Assembly (NCBI GenBank): GCA_004556155.1
Contig: SFIM01000001.1
Coordinates: 7,058-39,057 of the forward strand
Origin: Clostridiales bacterium
GTDB lineage: Bacteria; Bacillota; Clostridia; Christensenellales; Aristaeellaceae
Length of the DNA stretch: 32,000 nucleotides
Direction: 5' to 3'
Within the stretch, counting starts at the first letter, position 1. Every line of letters begins with the position of its first letter. The translations under genes were made by a program, and so were the position numbers. Under the pieces are notes generated by a model that was not told the origin of the DNA, did not search any database, and was given only the letters and a program-made list of their open reading frames with translations. Positions 8,896-19,096 of the stretch are shown in pieces.

Positions 8896-11388
8896 TTACT
8901 TGTTATCCGCAGTCACAGCCTGCGCCGCAGTGCGGCCAGACACATAGATTTCAACGATGGCGTTGCCGCCCAGACGGTTGCCGCCGTGGATGCCGCCGGT
9001 CACTTCGCCAGCCGCATACAGGCCGGGGATGACGTTGCCGTTTACATCCAGCGCATGGCGCTCGGTGTCGACCTTGATACCGCCCATGGTGTGGTGAGTG
9101 GAGGGAGCCATCAGACGGATGCGCAGCTCCACGCCATCCAGGGTGTAGGTATCGGGCAGGTAATTGCCGTTCTCATCCTTCTGAGCGTCGCCGATCAGAC
9201 GGTTGGGGTTGGTCTTCTTCACGTCCTCGGGCTGCTCGCCAGCCATGATCGCCTTGTCGTAGCTCTCAATGGTCGCACGAACGGTGGCCGCGTCGGTGCT
9301 CAGGCCCAGGCTGTTGAACAGGTCGGCCAGCTGATCCACCGTGCGGACATACTGACGCCATTCCACATCCTCGTTGCCGTACAGATAGGGGCCGGGGATC
9401 TTGGCGGCAGCGTTAGCGATTTCGATGAATACGCCCTTGGTGCCGTTGTGCTCGATGCCGTTGCGGAACTCCGCCAGGCTCAGCACGTCGCGCTCGGAGG
9501 TTTCATCCACAAAGCGCTTGCCGGTGGTGGGGTTGATGTAGATGGCGTAGTTGCCGCCGCCGAAGGCCAGGTTGCCGTTGTCTACCCAGCTGATAGGCAT
9601 CATCTGGGTGAAGCCCATGCCGATCACATCCGCGCCCGCAGCCTGAGCCATTACAATGCCGTCGCCCTGCAGGGAGGAACGGTTGGTGGTCTTGGTGCTG
9701 GTGGAAACGTACTCGCTGGACCAGTAGACGTTGCTGTCCACAACCATGTTCAGGTTCGCGGCATAGCCGCCGGTGGCCATGATAACGCCCTTGGTGGCAT
9801 GCGCGGTGACGGGGGTGCCGTCATAGCGGGTGCCGGTTACGCCGATCACGCGGCCGTCTTCAACGATTAGGTTTTCCGCAGTGGTGCGCAGCATGATCTT
9901 GTTGGAAGCGGCGGTTTCGGAGGTAACCAGCAGGGTGTTCATGGGAGCGACAAAGTAGGTGCCCCAACGGCCAGGATAGTTCTGACCATCGATGGTGGCG
10001 CCGATGAACTCGTTTTCACGATACCACAGCGCGCCGATCAGGGTGGGCTGAGTATCCTCTACGAAGGTGGAGCCCTGAGCTTCCAGCCACTGCTTCAGCT
10101 CCTGGCCGCCCTGGATGAACTGGTTCACCAGGGCAAAGTCGCCGTAGATCCAGCTGCTCATGTCCGCGGTGGGACGCAGGCCGCCGTAATAGGTCTGGAA
10201 GATGTGCAGGTTGACGGTGGAGAACAGGGTCAGCTGGCCAGCGCCCGCTTCAACCTTGGGCTCCGCCCAATCCAGATACTGCTTGATTTCGGTCTTCAGC
10301 GCCTGCAGGGTGGGCAGATACTCGGCGTGCACGCCGTGCTTGCTCAGCTCCTCGATGTCGCCGGCGACGAATTCGTGATCCTTGTAGTACTCCTCATCAA
10401 AGGGCTCTTCGCTCCAGTTGAGGATGGTTTTGAGCTCGTTCAGGGTAGCGATGCTTTCAACAACCTTGTTATAGGTGTTGCCATCGTAGCCAACGCCAGT
10501 GGTGGCATCAGGATCGGCGGGATCCCATACCAGATAGGGCATGACGCTCTGATACTGACCGCCGGAGACCAGCGTGTTGCCGCCGACCTGGGCGTTCTTT
10601 TCGATCACCAGCACGGTGTTGCCGTCCTGGGCAGCCTGCGCGGCCGCAGCGATGCCAGCGCCGCCCGCGCCGACGATGACCACGTCATAGGTTTCCTCGA
10701 TGGGATCCTGAGCTTCGTGAACGACCTTGTTGGCCTTGAAGGCATCCAGGTTGGTGCAGCCAGCCTGCTGAGCCGCATCGTTTACCGCGCTGCGGATGGC
10801 CGCGCTGGTGAAGGTAGCGCCGGAAACGGCGTCCACGCCCGTGCCGTTGGCAGCCAGGATATCGGCGATCATGGGCTCAAAGGCCACATCGCCCACATAC
10901 TGGGTTTCCTTGTTCGCGCCCACCTCGATGGCGGTAACGGCGGTATCGGAGAAGGTGACGCTCATTTCAACGCTGCCGTTGTAGCCGCTGCCAACGCCCG
11001 TGTAGGTGCCGGCAGTGAAGGCCAGCGCCGCGGTGTTCTCGGTGGCTTCGCCCTTGGCCTGCGCTAGAGCCTTGCCCAGCGCTTCCTTGACGGCGTTGCT
11101 GGTGATGGTCGCGCTGGCGACGGTATCCACCGCGTCCGCGTCGCTTACACCCACCAGGGACGTAGCATATTTTTCAATCGCCGCGCCGCCCAGAGCGGGG
11201 GTTTCCTTTTCGCCGGTAATTTCTACCGCGGTTACAGCGTTTTCATCAACGGTAACCTTTACGGTCACGTCGCCGCCGAAGCCGGTCGCGGTGCCCGTAT
11301 ACTCGCCCGGCGTGAAGGTGGCCGCGTTGCCCGCAAAGGGCACGATGGCCATCATCACCACCAGCAGAAGAGACACAAACTTCTTCAT
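8896..11388 (-). CDS. Secreted flavoenzyme: two FMN_bind modules plus a fumarate-reductase/UrdA-type FAD-dependent oxidoreductase domain
   Basis: AGGAGG RBS lies 8 nt before the ATG at 11388, so the track start at 11442 is an extension. Signal peptide MKKFVSLLLVVMMAIVPFAGNA. Two FMN_bind-like modules end in flavinylation-type motifs DTVASATITS and DAVSGATFTS. The dinucleotide fold is YDVVIVGAGGAGIAAA, and the C-terminal part reads HHTMGGIKVD...GLYAAGEVTGGIHGGNRLGGNA. Confidence 0.85.
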   Translation of the reverse strand: MKKFVSLLLVVMMAIVPFAGNAATFTPGEYTGTATGFGGDVTVKVTVDENAVTAVEITGEKETPALGGAAIEKYATSLVGVSDADAVDTVASATITSNAVKEALGKALAQAKGEATENTAALAFTAGTYTGVGSGYNGSVEMSVTFSDTAVTAIEVGANKETQYVGDVAFEPMIADILAANGTGVDAVSGATFTSAAIRSAVNDAAQQAGCTNLDAFKANKVVHEAQDPIEETYDVVIVGAGGAGIAAAAQAAQDGNTVLVIEKNAQVGGNTLVSGGQYQSVMPYLVWDPADPDATTGVGYDGNTYNKVVESIATLNELKTILNWSEEPFDEEYYKDHEFVAGDIEELSKHGVHAEYLPTLQALKTEIKQYLDWAEPKVEAGAGQLTLFSTVNLHIFQTYYGGLRPTADMSSWIYGDFALVNQFIQGGQELKQWLEAQGSTFVEDTQPTLIGALWYRENEFIGATIDGQNYPGRWGTYFVAPMNTLLVTSETAASNKIMLRTTAENLIVEDGRVIGVTGTRYDGTPVTAHATKGVIMATGGYAANLNMVVDSNVYWSSEYVSTSTKTTNRSSLQGDGIVMAQAAGADVIGMGFTQMMPISWVDNGNLAFGGGNYAIYINPTTGKRFVDETSERDVLSLAEFRNGIEHNGTKGVFIEIANAAAKIPGPYLYGNEDVEWRQYVRTVDQLADLFNSLGLSTDAATVRATIESYDKAIMAGEQPEDVKKTNPNRLIGDAQKDENGNYLPDTYTLDGVELRIRLMAPSTHHTMGGIKVDTERHALDVNGNVIPGLYAAGEVTGGIHGGNRLGGNAIVEIYVSGRTAAQAVTADNK

Positions 11389-11447
11389 CGTGTATTCCTC
11401 CTGTATATGGTATTTTTTGAGGCAGCATTTGTGCTGCCGCATAAGAT

Positions 11448-11477
11448 ATGATAGTATGTTTTTGTGATGCTTGTCAA
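11448..11477 (-). promoter_or_regulatory. Candidate sigma-A promoter for the flavoenzyme gene (TTGACA-18-TATCAT)
   Basis: On the minus strand, TTGACA is at 11477-11472 and TATCAT at 11453-11448, with an 18-nt spacer. Confidence 0.5.
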
Positions 11478-11563
11478 TATATCATTTGAGATATACCTGC
11501 GGCAAAAATAGGGCAAAGTACGTGAAAACTGTCCTTTTTTCCATAGTTCTCAACCATTTCAAT

Positions 11564-11602
11564 ATAAAAACCGGCAGCATGAACCAATATCGATGCTGCC
11601 GG
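11564..11602 (-). terminator. Rho-independent terminator after the sigma/anti-sigma pair
   Basis: 10-bp stem CCGGCAGCAT / ATGCTGCCGG (11571-11602). On the minus strand it is followed by TTTTTATATT. Confidence 0.7.
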
Positions 11603-11615
11603 TTTGCCGATTGAT

Positions 11616-12659
11616 TTACTTTTTTAGGTTCAGCGTGATGCGCTCGACCACGGGTTCCGAGCCATCCTCTGCCAGGCGGAAGAGCTGGACGGACAGGGCG
11701 TCAGGCGTCTCGGCCATCGCATCATAGGATTTTGCAACGGTTCCATCCGTGCAATAGCTGATCATGGAGCTGAGGATGCTGCGGCTCAGTTCCTCGCCGC
11801 TTGCGTCGAATACGCGGATAGCGTAGAGAGCGTCGCCCGCGTTTTCAAGCTGCGCGGAGAATACCGTGCACAGCTTGGCAAAGACGATATCCAGCTGCGC
11901 AATGCCAGGCCTATCCGTGCCGGCGGAGAGGGTGAAGGTGAGCTTCCTTTCGCTCGTGCGGTCAACGGTATAGTTGGGCGTGAAAACGCCGTTATAGTGC
12001 GCATCCGTTTCGGGGCTTTCTGCGGTAATGAAATCGGCGCTCGGCAGAATTTGCAGCCTGCTCATATCGCGGTTTTCCGTAGACAGGATGATCTGCTCCT
12101 GGATGATGTTGGGAGTTAAACGCCGCCAATCCTGCATGCTATTGTTGTACTCCTTGGCGTTGCCGTCCTGCGAGAGAAAACAGGTCTCCTCGCTCAGATC
12201 ATAGTACGCGCCGTGCTCCTTAAGAAAATCGGCGCGGGTCATGTCCCACTCGCCGTCAACGTTCCGCACCATTTCGTTGGTCAGGTAGGTGCCTTCGGGC
12301 GCGCGGTATTCCAGCGCGATGGCCCAGACATAGCCGTCGGCCAGGATTTCCTTGAGCGTTACCTGCACATCGCCCAGCTGGATGGTTTTTTGTTCAAAGT
12401 CGCTTTGAAGGAGCCTTTGCTGATCCTCGTTCAGCTCGGCGTTATAGCCGGACAGGTACTTGAGAATATCACTGTTGACCAGCGCCAACGCGGTGCAGCA
12501 CAGCAGCAGGGCGGCGCACAGGGCCAGGGCGAGGGTGCGGATTATGGTGCGTTTCATCACTTTTTCCTCCTTATCCAGTTGTGAGAGGGTGGAGGATACG
12601 CGCGTATGGAGCGCAGCGGGAATGGGCCCGTAGGCGGCCTGCCAGTCTTCTCTATTCAT
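11616..12659 (-). CDS. Putative anti-sigma factor (single-pass membrane protein, DUF4179-like layout)
   Basis: 347 aa. Its start overlaps the sigma gene stop as ATGA (12656-12659). It has a short cytoplasmic N-terminus, one TM (IIRTLALALCAALLLCCTALALV) and a large extracytoplasmic domain. The role is inferred from position and architecture. Confidence 0.6.
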   Translation of the reverse strand: MNREDWQAAYGPIPAALHTRVSSTLSQLDKEEKVMKRTIIRTLALALCAALLLCCTALALVNSDILKYLSGYNAELNEDQQRLLQSDFEQKTIQLGDVQVTLKEILADGYVWAIALEYRAPEGTYLTNEMVRNVDGEWDMTRADFLKEHGAYYDLSEETCFLSQDGNAKEYNNSMQDWRRLTPNIIQEQIILSTENRDMSRLQILPSADFITAESPETDAHYNGVFTPNYTVDRTSERKLTFTLSAGTDRPGIAQLDIVFAKLCTVFSAQLENAGDALYAIRVFDASGEELSRSILSSMISYCTDGTVAKSYDAMAETPDALSVQLFRLAEDGSEPVVERITLNLKK

Positions 12660-13132
12660 TCTATTTCCTCCTTGAGCATGGCGCGCATTTGATCCCGTCC
12701 GCGGGAGAGGCGCGAGCAGACCGCGCCGGTGCTGATGCGCAGGATATGGCTGATCTCTGCCACATTGAAGCCCTCCATGTAGTAGAGCGCCAATACCACG
12801 CGCAGCTTTTCGGGCAGGCGGCTGAGCGCCTCCCGCAGCGCTAACGGCGTATCGGCCGGGCTTTCAGGGGCGGGCATATCCGGCAATGTGTCCATGGGGA
12901 TTACCCGTGCCTGCCTGCGCTGGATGGCGATGCATTCGCGGATCAGGATGCGGATCAGCCAGGTATCGAAATACTGCGGCTGGCGAAGGCCGCCGTGCTT
13001 TTCCTAGGCACGCAGGATGGCCTGCGATACCGCGTCCAGCCGGTCATGCTCGCCGCGCAGATAGGCGCAGGCAACGCGGTACATGCGATCCTGCATGGCC
13101 GTTACGCGCCGGGCAAATTCCTCCTGGTTCAA
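12656..13132 (-). pseudogene. ECF-type sigma-70 family factor interrupted by an in-frame TAG
   Basis: My translation from TTG 13132 (AGGAGG RBS 9 nt upstream) reads MNQEEFARRVTAMQDRMYRVACAYLRGEHDRLDAVSQAILRA-TAG-EKHGGLRQPQYFDTWLIRILIRECIAIQRRQARVIP. It then runs into the track ORF MDTLPD...MEGFNVAEISHILRISTGAVCSRLSRGR (region 4 HTH). The stop is at 13004-13006, where this family usually has Trp (TGG). Confidence 0.75.
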
Positions 13133-13221
13133 AATGCGGTTCCTCCTTTATTATCAAAGCGCTTTGCACCTATTAGAGGGCGCAGGTGGGGAGAATATTC
13201 AAAGACGCTGAGATTTTTTGC

Positions 13222-13250
13222 AAAAAAGGCCGCCGGTTGTATCCGGCGGC
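13222..13250 (-). terminator. Rho-independent terminator after the S41 peptidase gene
   Basis: 8-bp GC stem GCCGCCGG-ttgtat-CCGGCGGC (13229-13250). On the minus strand it is followed by CTTTTTTG. Confidence 0.75.
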
Positions 13251-13268
13251 ACGATGGGAAAAATCGAA

Positions 13269-14483
13269 TTATTCGGCAGGAGTAGCCAGCTTAACGGCTT
13301 CTTCCCAGGCAGCCTTGAGCTGCACGTCGGTCATATCGCCGACTTCAAACTGAGAATAGACCATCGATTCAGGCATTTCCACCTGCACATCGGGCGTAAT
13401 GCCAATCTTGTGCACGGCGTTGCCATTTGGGGTAAAATACTCGCAGTAGGTAAACTGGAAGCCTGTTTCGCCGTCGGAGAGCGGGATCACCTGCTGCATG
13501 ATGCCCTTGCCAAAGGTGGTGGTACCCACGATGGTGGCGCGCTTATGATCCTGCAGGCAGCCGGAGAGAATCTCGCTGGAGGAGGCGGAGCTGCCGTTGA
13601 CCAGCAGCACCAGGGGAATATTGTCCGCGCCGGCGCTGGTATAGCGCGGATCGGTGTAATCCTCCGTGCGGGTCTTGGAATACACTACCAGCTGCTTATC
13701 CAGGAAGCGATCGGCCACGCTGACCGCATCGTCCACCCAACCGCCGGGGTTGTCGCGCAGATCCAGGATCAGGCTCGTGGCGCCCTGCTTTTCCAGCGCA
13801 TCCACCGCGGCGTTGAAATCCACCACCAGCGATTCGGTGGAGAACTGATAGATAATCACATAGCCCACGTTGTTATCCAGCATCGTGTAATCGATGTTGT
13901 TCATGTGGATGGGCGCGCGCAGCACATTAAAGGTGAGATACTCGCCGTTGCGGTAAACCTCTACCTCCACCGTTTCACCCACCAGGCCGCGCATGACGTT
14001 GACGGCCATCTGCATGGTTTCGGTGTTGACCTCGATATCGGCCACGCGCACCAGCACGTCGCCCTTGCGCAGGCCGGCGGCCTCGGCGGGGGTATCGCGG
14101 AATACGCGGGTGATGGTGACGGAGTAATCGCGGTAATCGCCCAGCAGCTGGATGCCGATGCCGGTGTATTCGCCTTCCTCCTCGCTCCAAAGATCAGACC
14201 AGGATTCAGTGTCGTAATAGAAAGTGTAGGTATCTTCCAGCCCCGCCAGCAGGCCCTGCACGGCCATGTCCATCATGGCGTCGGTGTCGGGCTCTTGATA
14301 GTAGTAGGCTTGGATGTACTGCAGCACCTCGTCTAACTTGGCATACTGTGCCAGCCGGTCGTATTCCTCGCGGCTGATGGTGACGGTGCCGCCCCGGCGG
14401 CTGTCGCCCAGCGCCTGATAGGCCACCAGCGTGCCGCACAGCAGGGTCAGGATCACGGTGAAAATCAAAAGACGTTTTTTCAT
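13269..14483 (-). CDS. S41 family C-terminal processing peptidase (CtpA/CtpB-like), membrane-anchored
   Basis: 404 aa. GGAGG RBS lies 6 nt upstream. N-terminal TM, a PDZ-like segment (GIGIQL...GLRKGDVLVRVADIEV) and an S41 core (LVNGSSASSSEILSGCLQD, GTTTFGKG). Confidence 0.9.
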   Translation of the reverse strand: MKKRLLIFTVILTLLCGTLVAYQALGDSRRGGTVTISREEYDRLAQYAKLDEVLQYIQAYYYQEPDTDAMMDMAVQGLLAGLEDTYTFYYDTESWSDLWSEEEGEYTGIGIQLLGDYRDYSVTITRVFRDTPAEAAGLRKGDVLVRVADIEVNTETMQMAVNVMRGLVGETVEVEVYRNGEYLTFNVLRAPIHMNNIDYTMLDNNVGYVIIYQFSTESLVVDFNAAVDALEKQGATSLILDLRDNPGGWVDDAVSVADRFLDKQLVVYSKTRTEDYTDPRYTSAGADNIPLVLLVNGSSASSSEILSGCLQDHKRATIVGTTTFGKGIMQQVIPLSDGETGFQFTYCEYFTPNGNAVHKIGITPDVQVEMPESMVYSQFEVGDMTDVQLKAAWEEAVKLATPAE

Positions 14484-14501
14484 GGCAGGCCTCCGTATAG
14501 A

Positions 14502-15554
14502 TTAGAGGGTCTTTTTGGCCTTGTTGGCCGCGCACTTTTTCATTTCAAGCAGCATTTTGAAGGTGACAGCGTCGTCAAAGCTGCGCAGGTTCAGGCCGAT
14601 CTGGCGCTGCACTTTATCCAGACGGTACACCAGGGTGTTGCGGTGGATGTACAGCTGCCGCGCGGTATCGGAAAGGTTCAGATCCTTGCGGAAGAACATT
14701 TCAACGGTGTAGAGAATTTCCTCGCTGAACAGGCGGGAGGTGCGGCGGTTGAACAGCAGGCTGTGGTAATGCGCGGCGGTTTCGGGCGGAATATCGGCCA
14801 GGAAGCGCTCCAGCAGGAGCGAGCTGTATACGTGGATGGTTTCATCCTCGCGGTAGATGCGGCCGATCTCGATGGCGCGGCGCGCCTGGCGATAGCTTTG
14901 GTGCAGTTCGCCCGCGTTCTGGGCGATATCGCCGATGCCTACCGTCAGCGGCAAGCCCGTTTCCTCCTGCACGGTTTCCTGCAGGGCGGCGGCAAACTGC
15001 TTGAGATCCTCCAATTCGTCCATGCCGGCAGTGCATTTGATCAGCGCGGCGGTGTGGTTATCCATGGCAATCAGCACGTCGTTGGGGGACATGGGGATGA
15101 CCTCGGACAGGATATCCCGCGCGGAGCGGCCCTGCACCTGAATCATATGCAGCAGCAGCACGCACCGGCTCAGCTGCGCGGGGATGCGGTATTCGCTGAT
15201 GGCCGCGTCCAGCTCGGCCACGGAAAGCTCATTGAGCAGGATGCGCTGATAGGCGCTGCCGATGCCGCCGCTGGTGGCGGACAATTGCACCAGCGCCTCG
15301 ATCAGGTTTTTGGCCATGCGCAGCACGTCGTCGGGCGTGCCCTCGGGGGCGGAAAGCAGGCAACCGGCCTTGGGCACGCGCAGATACCGCGCGCCAAACA
15401 TGGTGGCGATGGTATTCTCATCCGTGATATCCGGCAGGGGACGCAGCGTATCGTCGTGCGGAACCAGGCAGGCGCCGCCCTCGTCCAGCAGGGACAGACG
15501 GCATTGAAGCTGTTCAAAAATCTGGGCAATCTTAGCCAAGAGCTGTTGATCCAT
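14502..15554 (-). CDS. PucR/CdaR-family transcriptional regulator
   Basis: The C-terminal PucR-type HTH reads DTARQLYIHRNTLVYRLDKVQRQIGLNL. The track start at 15560 is a TTG 3 nt after the AAGGAG RBS, whereas the ATG at 15554 has 9-nt spacing. The stop lies 18 nt upstream of the peptidase gene start. Confidence 0.8.
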   Translation of the reverse strand: MDQQLLAKIAQIFEQLQCRLSLLDEGGACLVPHDDTLRPLPDITDENTIATMFGARYLRVPKAGCLLSAPEGTPDDVLRMAKNLIEALVQLSATSGGIGSAYQRILLNELSVAELDAAISEYRIPAQLSRCVLLLHMIQVQGRSARDILSEVIPMSPNDVLIAMDNHTAALIKCTAGMDELEDLKQFAAALQETVQEETGLPLTVGIGDIAQNAGELHQSYRQARRAIEIGRIYREDETIHVYSSLLLERFLADIPPETAAHYHSLLFNRRTSRLFSEEILYTVEMFFRKDLNLSDTARQLYIHRNTLVYRLDKVQRQIGLNLRSFDDAVTFKMLLEMKKCAANKAKKTL

Positions 15555-15590
15555 GCGCAATGGCTCCTTTCGCGCGCGGGGGCGCGGTTC

Positions 15591-15619
15591 GTATATTTAT
15601 ATACATTATAACATAGAAT
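15591..15619 (+). promoter_or_regulatory. Candidate sigma-E-type (mother-cell) promoter upstream of the membrane-protein/spoIIP pair
   Basis: GTATATT-14 nt-CATAGAAT resembles the Bacillus sigma-E consensus (ATATT-N14-CATACAAT, from memory). An alternative TATAAT at 15684-15689 has only a poor -35 (GTTACA with a 19-nt spacer). Confidence 0.3.
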
Positions 15620-15742
15620 CGCGGCGAATAAAAGGGGACGCGAACAGTTTTCCCTTTTGTTACAGGTTCATGCGCAATTATCGTATAATTCGCCGCATGC
15701 AGGACACGATAAAGGCAAACGTTTTTTGCGGAGGCGGAGAAA

Positions 15743-16399
15743 ATGACGATCGGTTCCATTTTGCTTGCGGCTTCGGCGGTGCTGGTGCTGCTGGGGGTAG
15801 GCCAGCGCGTGCTGGATAAAATGCGCCTAAGCGACCGCGCGGCGCTGATATTGATTGCGGCCATGTTTGTGGGCGGGCTGATTCCCGATATCCGCCTGGG
15901 ATTGGTGCGCATTAACATCGGCGGCGCGCTCATCCCGCTGGGCGTGTGCGTGTACCTGCTGGTATCGGCGGACGAGGCGGCCGAGCGCGTGCGGGGCATT
16001 CTGGGCGCGCTGATTACGGCGGGCGTGGTGTATCTGTTATCGCGCGTGATGCCCAGCGAACCGGAAAACATCATCCTTGATCCTGTGTATGCCTGCGGCG
16101 TAGCGGGCGGCATTGTGGGCTATGTGCTGGGGCGTTCGCGCCGTGGGGCCTTTATATCGGGCGTGATGGGCGTGCTGCTGGCCGATCTGATTACCGCCAT
16201 CGTGGTATGGGCGGGCGGCGTATCGCAGCCATTGACGCTGGGTGGCGCGGGAATCTTCGACACGGCAGTCATCAGCGGCATCATCGCCGTGCTGCTGGCC
16301 GAGATCATCGGCGAGACATTGGAGCGCGCGGCGCGGGCCAACGGCGTTGCGCCCAACCCTGCCCGCGTACATATGCCGCGAAAGGGGAGAGATAAGTAA
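15743..16399 (+). CDS. Integral membrane protein of unknown function (possibly DUF1614-like)
   Basis: 218 aa. GGAGG RBS lies 8 nt upstream. About 6 hydrophobic helices and a GGAGIFD motif. The stop overlaps the spoIIP start as TAATG. Confidence 0.6.
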   Translation: MTIGSILLAASAVLVLLGVGQRVLDKMRLSDRAALILIAAMFVGGLIPDIRLGLVRINIGGALIPLGVCVYLLVSADEAAERVRGILGALITAGVVYLLSRVMPSEPENIILDPVYACGVAGGIVGYVLGRSRRGAFISGVMGVLLADLITAIVVWAGGVSQPLTLGGAGIFDTAVISGIIAVLLAEIIGETLERAARANGVAPNPARVHMPRKGRDK

Positions 16400-17487
16400 T
16401 GAAAAAGAGTATTGCCTGCCTGCTGGCGCTGTTATTGCTGGCGGTTCCGCTGCTTGCCTGGGCGGAAGGGGAAACGATATACAGCATTGTGGACGCGCAG
16501 GGGCAGTATATCACGCATTTTGTTGGCGAGCCTGCGCAGGGGGATGAGTACATTGCTCATGACAATAGTCACTATGTGATCACGGCGGTGGACGTGGCCG
16601 CCCATACCGCGCAGGCCGAGAAAAAGGGCGCGTATCCCATGCCCGACGTGTCCTGGCTGAGCGAGGACAGCCGCGCGGTATCCTCCGGCACGCAGCGGCA
16701 TGCCGTTGCGCTGTACTGCACCCACAGCGATGAAAGCTACGAGCCTACTGACGGCGCGTCCAGCATCACCCCGCGCGGCAGCATTTATGATGTGGCGCAG
16801 GCGCTCAAGAGCAACCTGGAGCAGCGTGGCGTGAAGGTGTATTATGATGACAGCACGCACCTGCCGCATGATTCAGGCGCGTATAAGCGCAGCCGCAGCA
16901 CGGCGGCCAACCTGCTGGAAAACGGCGTGGACGCGATCTTTGATATTCACCGCGACGGCATCAAGGATCCTGCCCAGTATGAAACAACCATCAAGGGTGA
17001 AGAGGCCAGCATGGTGCGTCTGCTGGTGGGGCGCGCCAATCAGAACCAGGCTGAAAACAAGGAGTTCGCCGTGGAGCTTAAGGCTGTGGCGGACAAGCTG
17101 TATCCTGAGCTAATCCGCGATATTTATATTGGAAAGGGTACCTATAATCAGGACTTATCGCCCAACTCCGTGCTGCTGGAATTTGGCACCCATACCATCG
17201 ATAAGGAGCGCGCTGAAAACGCGACGCAGTACATGGCCGCGGCCATTGAGAAAACGCTCTACGGCGGGGTATCCGGAGCGGCAGGCGAGGGGCAGAGCGC
17301 ACAGAACGCCAAGTCCCGCGATCACAGCGCGTGGATCAGCATTGCCTGGATTGCGGGCGTGCTGTTGGTGGGCGCGTGCGTGTATGGCGTCGCCTCAACC
17401 GGCAGCCTGAAAGCGGGCTTTTCCAAGGTGGGAAACGGCTTTAAGGAAATGACTGGCGGAATATTTAACAAAAAGAACAAAGAATAA
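16399..17487 (+). CDS. spoIIP: Stage II sporulation protein P (SpoIIP-family amidase/peptidase)
   Basis: 362 aa with a signal/anchor sequence. SpoIIP-like blocks are VALYCTHSDESYEPTDG, IFDIHRDG, LLVGRANQNQAENKEFA and YNQDLSPNSVLLEFGTHT. There is an extra C-terminal TM. Confidence 0.8.
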   Translation: MKKSIACLLALLLLAVPLLAWAEGETIYSIVDAQGQYITHFVGEPAQGDEYIAHDNSHYVITAVDVAAHTAQAEKKGAYPMPDVSWLSEDSRAVSSGTQRHAVALYCTHSDESYEPTDGASSITPRGSIYDVAQALKSNLEQRGVKVYYDDSTHLPHDSGAYKRSRSTAANLLENGVDAIFDIHRDGIKDPAQYETTIKGEEASMVRLLVGRANQNQAENKEFAVELKAVADKLYPELIRDIYIGKGTYNQDLSPNSVLLEFGTHTIDKERAENATQYMAAAIEKTLYGGVSGAAGEGQSAQNAKSRDHSAWISIAWIAGVLLVGACVYGVASTGSLKAGFSKVGNGFKEMTGGIFNKKNKE

Positions 17488-17507
17488 ACAAAATTTTCAG
17501 CCATGCA

Positions 17508-19032
<1,525 letters not shown>

Positions 19033-19047
19033 ATGCCTGCTTTTCGG

Positions 19048-19074
19048 CCGCCGCGCAAAAGCGCGGCGGTTTTT
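19048..19074 (+). terminator. Rho-independent terminator after guaB
   Basis: 9-bp stem CCGCCGCGC-aaaa-GCGCGGCGG followed by T5. Confidence 0.8.
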
Positions 19075-19096
19075 GCGTGCAAACAATGGAAAACCC

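Noticed and set aside
13004-13006. The TAG in the sigma factor gene as programmed recoding (pyrrolysine or read-through)
   Set aside because: The codon sits where TGG (Trp) is expected, so a point mutation or sequencing error explains it. The window contains no Pyl machinery or recoding signal.
15621-15696. A cyclic-di-GMP (GEMM-I)-like riboswitch, suggested by GGGGACGCGAA in the leader
   Set aside because: Only a short resemblance to the GACGCAAAGC core is present. The expected GGCAAACC / GAAAG tetraloop-receptor elements are missing.
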